Origin: Raillietiella orientalis
Taxonomy: Eukaryota
Direction of reading: 5' to 3'
Assembly: GCA_036172245.1 (NCBI GenBank)
Contig: JAYWIR010000003.1
Location: forward strand, 5,146,001 to 5,210,000
DNA: 64,000 bases
The notes under the pieces are model-generated. The model searched no databases. It was not told the origin of the DNA and was given only the letters and a program-made list of their open reading frames with translations. Made by a program: the position numbers and the translations under genes. Within the stretch, counting starts at the first letter, position 1. The number at the start of each line of letters is the position of its first letter. Below are positions 56,201-64,000 of the stretch, in pieces.

Positions 56201-59200
56201 GAGGCACTGCTCGTGCATTACCGGTGGCTGTTTCATTGGTTCGGATGTTGCAGCTCAGAGCTTATCCTGCCCGGCTGTCCCATGCTGCAAGGAAACTCGA
56301 CCTCGTCCAGCTCACGGTTTCTTCTTACTTCAGCCCGAACAAGTCCCTCCCGACCCTGGATAACCCACGTACGTTGAGCGACACACCGCTACGTGACCAA
56401 CATGACTGCAGTGAGCCAGAAGGAATGTTCGAGAGGCTCGTTCCGTTCAGCAAATACCGTTACCTCGTAGGAGAAATCTATTCTGCAGCATGTTGGTCCC
56501 GGAGAGAAAAGGACTCTTGGTTCTCTTTGCGCGAAGAGACCAAACGTTCGGATTGCGGACAGAAAGTCCTCAGTGGATCTGTCGACAGTTACAACCTGCC
56601 ATTCACTCTCATTTTGCTGGAAAAACAGCAATCTGTTCGAGGACTTTCGTGTCCTCGATCAGGAACGGAAGAATTTTCATTCTATTGAGGAATAGCAGTG
56701 TTTGCCTTGCGTTCTTCTCATTCTGCAAATTATGAATTGAAGGAATATTTTACGCGACTCCACTGCTGCCAGGATTACCGTTATTCGTACGGTACATGCT
56801 TTTCCCTGACACGTACTTATTTCTTCATTCCACGCTTGCTTCAGTCCAGTTCCGGAGACATCTATCGGCTCCGGATCCATTGAAGAGTCGTCAGCACACT
56901 GACGTCCAGGAATGCATCAAGGTCTTTCACGTTGCTGGAAGGGTTGGCTGGAAGGTGATCCCAGGGGCCGTTTCTCCACGGACAGAAACGCCGACATCTC
57001 TATCGACTATGAATGGCGTCTTTTCGAAACCAAGGAACTTTCCTCGCATCGTTCTTTCTCATTGAGCTGATCTCTGTGTGTGTTTGTAAGACTCCTACTT
57101 GACTACTTCGCCATGCAGGTGGTCCTCGACCTACGAAGATTCGCACTTAGACGACGGCCAATTCTCCAACTTGACCAAAGTGTCCAGAACATTGGAACTT
57201 CATGGAAGGGGTCGCAGGGAATTCGGAAGCGGCAGACACTCCAGGAGCACAACGAACAAATCGATGAGGAGATCGTAAAAATTGCAGGATAGAGCGGGAT
57301 CTGGAAATCAGTATTACCACCTTCGTGCTCTACGAATTCTTCGTAGAGCACGAAGGTGAGCTCACGAAGATGAAGGCTTAATTCATTTCCGAAACGAAAG
57401 AGCCGAAGAAGGAAAGAACGAGGAAGTTGGAAAAGAGAAACCGTTAAGTTCTTTTTTGCTGTGAAAGGGTTGGCTGAAGTATTTTCCGAGCGGAGTCGCG
57501 GACGAAGATATGGATCAAGACAGGGATCGCTGTTTGGCCAAAGTCGAAAAGAGAATCCGGGGAGCAATCAGATGTCATCACAAAACATCTGAAGGAAAAG
57601 GGAGAACACCAACTAATCTTTTTAATTAAAAAAAAAAAAAAAACACTCCCGATTGCGGAAGATAACCACATCGTTCCCATTAACAAGCCGTTTAAGTAAA
57701 CACCGTTTTAAGTTTTTTGTTTATGCTTGCGCCGTTTTTGATATCTGTGTATGTATCTTTTTTTCTTGATTTTTTCTTTCTTAATTTTATACATATCTAC
57801 ATGTGCACTGATAAGTAATCTACAAATGTTTACGTAAGTTTCAACCGTTTCGTAACCACTTTAAGGTGATTGAAAACCTGTCACGAAAGTGTCGTAATAG
57901 AAATCGAACAAATCAAAAAAAAAGTGGAAAAAAAAAAAAAAGAAGGTCCCCGACTTGACGTGTCAGGACCGACTTAACGACGGAGAACGGAGTCAATAAG
58001 TCGAGGACTCTCTGCACTCTTATACTCACATTAAGTAATTCATCCCCATGTTTTCCCCAGTCCGACTTGCGGTGGGGTCAGTTCATTTTCATTCGTGCAA
58101 GCGTTGGTCAGGTCTTCACGGTTTTTCACTTTGAGCGTTCGCCTCCGGGCATCCAGTCACCGAGTTCGCCTGGGGAATTCACCCACTTGACAGCGTTCCT
58201 GAATCCTTGGCAGGATGTAACAGTACGTCCAAGTGGGAATCCGTCCACAGCTTCCGATCCCGATTTCCCTTTACACTAAACCTTTCAGGGTTTCCACTGC
58301 CGGCACACTGTTTATTCCGGTCCGCGTCTTTTCCCTTCTCACCAATGCATCTCCATGTATGATCTATGGCGAACCGATCTCTGCATCCGTCGAATTCCAC
58401 CCCTTTTATCTTGAACGGCACGGCGAACAACGAGGACAAAGATGAGGGGATCCATGGAAACGGCGGCTCCATCGGAGATTTCATGCATTCAGTATTATGA
58501 AATGTGCGCATCCCTGGGTTACTTTTTGCCACCGGAAAATCCATGGGTCATGACTCCGTGATGCGGATGGAGGCGCAATCTTTTAAAAGATTCGTGCAAC
58601 CGTTCTCGGATTATTTTCGACTGCCATCTGTTGTCCACTACGAGGCTTGAGAATAGCACCGGCCGGCCGTACGTGCTTCATTCGAAACACCCCATTTATC
58701 TTTTTTGATGCATAAGCTCTCAAAGTTTTTGGTTTGTCTGTCATCTTGCAGAGGACCGCTTCCTGACGTTCCGCTTCACTTTCTGTGGATGACCAAGAAA
58801 TTCACCGGCATCGGTGCTGCCGATTCAGTCGAAAAGTCTTCGTTTCCACCCGGTAGTACGAAATGACCATCGATTATTGGTTGCTCCTTTGAAGTGGTGA
58901 CTCGTTTGCTTGACCGGGGTCCCGTAGTTCACTGATCGCGTAATGGCGGAGCATCAACTTGTACGTGGGTGCGGGAAGGGCCTCCGGTTTCCAGTTTACC
59001 CGGAAGTGGTTTAGGGCGATCGATCTTTCGTTTCCGAGGCACTTTATGTCAAAGAACGGAAGCCACGCCAAGAAACTTGTTGGACACTGCTGCCTAGCCT
59101 TCCTGAATCCCTAATCTCCTAAGCGTCAATCCCCATAGCAACACTCATTTTCGAGTTGAGGTTTCTCTGCGCCGAACTCTCAGAACGGACGAGCCACTTG

Positions 59201-61733
59201 GATTTCATAACTCATGCGTGCTTCTTTCAGTTAGGATTTGCAAGTGGAAGAAGGAACCAAACTATGGTCCTACGAAGAAACTCCAAGCACTTCTTCGCCG
59301 AGCTGGCGCAGAATGTTTATGGATGCGTGCTGGAGCCAGAAAGCGGAGCTGCGATTCAGCTGGCAACCTTCAGCATACCGGCTCTGCCTCCATCAGGCTC
59401 CGTGCTTCCGATGAAGAACAGAGCTTCCAGGGCTTCCGATGAAGAACTGTGCTCACTGAACCTCCAGGTGACAAAACTGAAAATCAAAACAGAGGTCATG
59501 TACTGTCTATTCAAGCCCCAGGACATTTTTCGGTCTCCTGAAACAGCCCTTATAGAGGTGGTGTCTTTCAAGTTGAAGTCAGACAGCACGATTGCTATTC
59601 AGGACACCTTCAGAACCTTCAGGTTAGCATGTCGGATTGGGAAAACAGTTAAGAATTTTCCATCTTTATCAAAGATCGTGATTGGTAGAGTAAAAGAAGC
59701 CACGCTGAGATAAGATTTGCGTTCCTTCTGAAACGAAGAGTATTATTACTGAGCACTCCGAGTTCAAATGACATACCATTTAGATTTGGTCAGAAATTGC
59801 AAACAGCATCGTATGTGCAGAGGTGCTACTCAGATTCATGTACACAGTGTATACCGCTAGAGATGCCTTTGAATATACCGTGTACGCTGAACACTTCTGA
59901 AACGTAGATGAATTAATTCACGCTGCATGCAGCCTCCATCTTATTTGCAGATGTTACGCATGAATCAGCAGATTCGACCTTGAGCTTTTCCATCTCTTCT
60001 CTATAGGATTTATGCGAAGTGTGAATGATAGTGTACTATCGGTAGCATAGAAGTGTAAATCCATAGTATATTACGATGGGATAAATTTTAAATATCAATC
60101 GTTACACATCAGCAGCTGACACAAACGTCCTGGAAAAGAACAGTTCATCTCTAGGAGTTGTCCAGGCTTTGCTGTGTTTAGCGGAAAAGAAACCGCGGCT
60201 TCGCCGGACTGTACACACGCTTGTACACTGAATTTTCCGGAATTTGGAACTTCCTGAGGGCAATTACGATGATAAACCGCACTTCTAGGTAGGTGCAATC
60301 GTCCTCAAACATTGCAGCATTATATTAAGGAATGTTATGCACACTTTGTGAGCAAAAAAACGTCTTAAACAGCATAACCTTTGTCCGGCTGGCAGAGAAA
60401 AGGGAAAAAAAAGGAAAAAACAGCATACAGAAAAACATGAAAGATTAGATTAGAAGAAACTGCAAGCGAAGGAGCAAAAAAACAACGCGCCAACGTTACA
60501 GAAAACGCGGTTTTACGTGTCTCACCTTTTTGCATGCAAATGCTCCTCGCAGTGGAAGCAGACAACGGGGCGGACGCGTTTTGACTTCCGTGTCAGCAGA
60601 GGATGACCCGGCGACATCCCGAAGACGAGTCTGCTCCGGAAAGGAGGGGCTGCAACATCCGTATAAGAATTCAGATTTTGCCAAGGATCAGTGTACCTTT
60701 CGAAGCAATTTGAATTTCAGTTTCCCAAGTGGTCGCTGTCACTTTTACTCGGTTCTTCAGCGGACTTTGGCTGTTGGTGCTTCGTTCAAAGTACACGCTC
60801 GTCACCAAAGTGACCTCCTTGGAGTTTAGGGAAGAGGAAAACAGTTGAGATCCGCTCGCAAACGAGGGTGGGAATGAGAAAAGCAAAGGATTCGGAGGGC
60901 TTTGAAAGAGGAAGGTAACGCGGGAGTTCCGAATGGCCACGGCGGAGATTTTTTTTTTTGAAAAGATCGCGCGGACCTCACGTCCCCTCCCCCCCCCCTC
61001 TTTGCAGACGCAATTCGTGGTCCAGACAAAGCGGTCGGGCATCTCTCTTTGACGTGTGCGGCAACGACGCATCCCGGATGCCGAAACACTTTGAGAAGCC
61101 AACCGCGGGCTTCCAGGTTGAGTGTCGCGTGTCCAGGAGTGTCTTCCAGCCTCCGCCGTTGTTCTGCAGATGCTTTCGCAGCAGGGCTCGCTTCCGTTCG
61201 AACATCCTGCTTGGGATTTTCTCTTCGAAAAGCTCCCTTCTCTCGCAGCCTGGATGGCGCAACGCGTTCTCCTAGGAAACGGCGATGCTCAACCTTCCTT
61301 CTTCTCGGGTTAAATACACAAGTTTGCAACATTGCGAGGGCCGCACTTGGTACGTTATATAATAGAATCATGTCAAAGAATTTTATGCGTTAATATATTT
61401 TAATAAATTCCGCAAATTTTAGCACATTTTTTTTTTTTTACGTTCATATATTCTATGCCAAAAAAATCGGAAGGATATGGATGTAAACAAATACTTTTTA
61501 AATTGTGGTGAGTTAAGCACGGACTGTAATCTTTCCACGTACGAACACTGAAAACGATAAGGAACGAAACTGTGTACACAACAACTGTTGCTGCACGAAA
61601 TCGCGAAACAAACACAGAACAACCCGCGAGAGGCGCTCGCTGCGCGTGTGGGCGCGCCAACCGCTCGCGATTTGCCTTTCCTAAAAAACCACCGCCCGAC
61701 TGTCGGAAGTTTTCTTCCAAAAAAAAAAAATAC

Positions 61734-61750
61734 ATATATATATATATATA
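61734..61750. repeat. (AT)n microsatellite adjacent to a poly-A tract
   Basis: Seen directly in the sequence. Confidence 0.85.
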
Positions 61751-64000
61751 CGTAACGGACTGCGAATGATATGGGAAGCTCGGCGGGTCGCATGCGGCCC
61801 GCGGGCCGTGGTCTTGGACGTCGCTCTTCCTCGGTTCCTCCCAGCTGGAAGTGTCCGCCGCCTTTCCGCTGTCAGATCGGTGCGTCCGACAACTCCAAAA
61901 TGAATCCTCGGACTTTTTTTCTCCTTCCGGGGGAAAATGGACCGCCTTTAAAACAGCCCTCTCTCGCTCCTTCGGCAGCACAAGAAAGTTGCGTCCGATG
62001 ATCTCAGTTGCCTGAATGCTTCGCTTTTCCTTTGTGTACAGATCCACTGTGCGGCGGCTATCCCCGTGTCGGCCATCCGCCCACACACTCTTTCCGGTGC
62101 CGACCAAATTCTCGAAAGATAATAAAAAATAAACATACATGTGCTTATGATATGTATTGATGTAATTATTATTGTATATATTCGGGATTTCGAACCAAAC
62201 TCTTCTCCTTCTGCAACGAACTTGTTTCGAACGCTTGAGAGTTTTTGGAAGTTATTGGAACCACCGAGCACTCAGTTCAGTTCAATTGTCTGCAACAGCT
62301 GTTTTCCAAATAACATGGCCGCCTCCACAGCTATCCTGTCATTCCACTGTAAGTTCGTAGAAGGTGGTGCTCTTCCAAAACAACTCCCACGTAAACGGAA
62401 ACTGTCTACTGATCGATGGACAGTGATATTCTTTTGCAAACTGTTGACCACCCTTGATTTTGGAACGCATTGCACGTCGGTGGCCTTTCCTTCCCGGCCA
62501 AACGAATCCGTAGGGACACGGGTGCTGGCACTGCCACCCTCCCTGTCGAGCTGAAAAACCAGATTCGCGCTATGACCGTCTGGAACCGTAATGTGGATGC
62601 GAGAGTCGGCGCAGATCTCCATTTTAAAAACAGAAAAGAAGCTGTTGGACTTGAACCTGACCGTGCCCGATACCGCGAGGACGATTAATGGGACAACAAG
62701 TCAATGCTGTTAGAAAAAAAAAAAAAAAAAATTAGCGAATGAATGGATAAAGCCCCGCCACTGTACCAAGTTCCTACAAGATCCTATGAAAGACAATGAA
62801 GATGTCGGCGGTATGCCGGAAATGGGTCCACCCTTAATAAGGAGGTTCCCAATCGCGGGCCCTCATGCTTATCAGGTTTATGAATATTGCGGTACCGGAA
62901 GCATTGCAGGCAGATTCTTCTTCGTAATGCACACGCCTTCAAGCAGGCAGGCGTGAAGAGGCATTTCTTTTCACGTTCCCATTTCAGTGTGACCGAGGCA
63001 GACACGAAATTCCTGGAAACGTTACCTTTCATCCCCATCTTCCTGCCTAGTAAAATCACCTTCTCTGGAAGTGCTCCGTCCAAAGCGTTGAAACTTCTGA
63101 TAAAAGGACATTCTGGCAGCGGGTCCGTGCAAGCCAGGATGTATCGCCAGACTTCCCAGAGCATCGACTTGTCAGCTTTGCGACCCGAAGAACGCTTTTC
63201 TCAGCTGCTGATCAGGGTAAATATGACCATCTGCCATCAACGGTTCCCGTTTTCGATGACCTCGTTTCCTGCCCTGAAGAGACAATTTTGTATTGGAATG
63301 TACTCTTGCGCTTAAGGGTACGTGTCGAGCCACAGATTCAGGGTGGATGGGAGTTTCTTGAGGATCTTCCGAGAGGATTCAGGGAGATTCGCTGCTGGAA
63401 AGTCCGACGTTCCCTGTGACCCATTTCGTCCGTGCTGAAGATCCCGAAAGAGGTTCTTCCGCTGCTATGTGGCCTCCGCCGTCGCTTCCCCCTTTCGGAC
63501 CTCTCGTACCCAGGGCAAAATTCTGTAGGTCGAAGCGTTTCCAGCATCTGCGGATCCTCTGGACTATCCAGGTTTACCGAGATCCGGGCTGCAAACTGAT
63601 GGTGACCAACCAAGCTGCAGCTCGGAAACAGCCTCCGGAGCGGAGCTTGCTGCAAGGAGCAGCCGGTTGCGTCACGGGAGTCTTGCACCCTAGGGCGTTC
63701 CTCCCGGACGGAACGAGTTTGGGGTGTCGAGGTAGCGCGTGACTTGCGTCGCGTCCTTTCCTGCTGACGGCGTTTCCGCTGGCAACCGGTTTGAGAGGGG
63801 CAAGGAACTTTACATGAGCTCCTCTTTGCTTTCTTTTCGAGAAGAGAAATCCGGTCGTTCAAGCTGGCGGTTGCAGAGAGAATTGCTCTGCTGATGTTTT
63901 CTCGTACTCTCTCTCGCCATCCGAAAGAAACGCATCCGTTTCCCGGAAGCTCGCGATTTGTCTGCTCGGCGCTCGCCTGCCTCCCTCATCTCCTTGCGAT

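Noticed and set aside
30168..59447. Short direct repeats (ATTCTACGCATTT x2 near 30.2 kb, ATCCACTTAATTG x2 near 36.05 kb, ACGATTCTAAAA x2 near 53.94 kb, GCTTCCGATGAAGAAC x2 at 59404 and 59432) considered as CRISPR-like arrays
   Set aside because: Only two units each, in a eukaryotic context with no cas genes. They are consistent with slippage duplications.

Overview
Eukaryotic, intron-rich, probably invertebrate animal genomic DNA. There are no operons, CRISPR arrays or intact rRNA/tRNA genes. The clearest content is a tandem pair of minus-strand 6-phosphofructo-2-kinase/fructose-2,6-bisphosphatase (PFKFB) genes about 13.4 kb apart, with the same intron positions and mostly very short introns. 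They share a ~1.0 kb tract, three introns included, that looks identical by eye, while their kinase exons and C-terminal tails have diverged. This points to recent gene conversion or a local assembly collapse. A plus-strand VOPP1/WBP1-like small membrane-protein gene lies between them. Much of the remaining sequence is decayed non-LTR retrotransposon relics, mostly of the restriction-like-endonuclease type (R4/Dong-, NeSL/Utopia- and R2-like). Base composition shifts from very GC-rich (about 1-28 kb) to strongly AT-rich (about 32-38 kb) and then to intermediate. The AT island holds a ~118 bp inverted repeat pair and a 5S rRNA 3'-half fragment. Most long ORFs in the track are GC-rich or antisense artefacts. 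Retroelement boundaries are approximate and their family calls come from motif recognition, not database searches.
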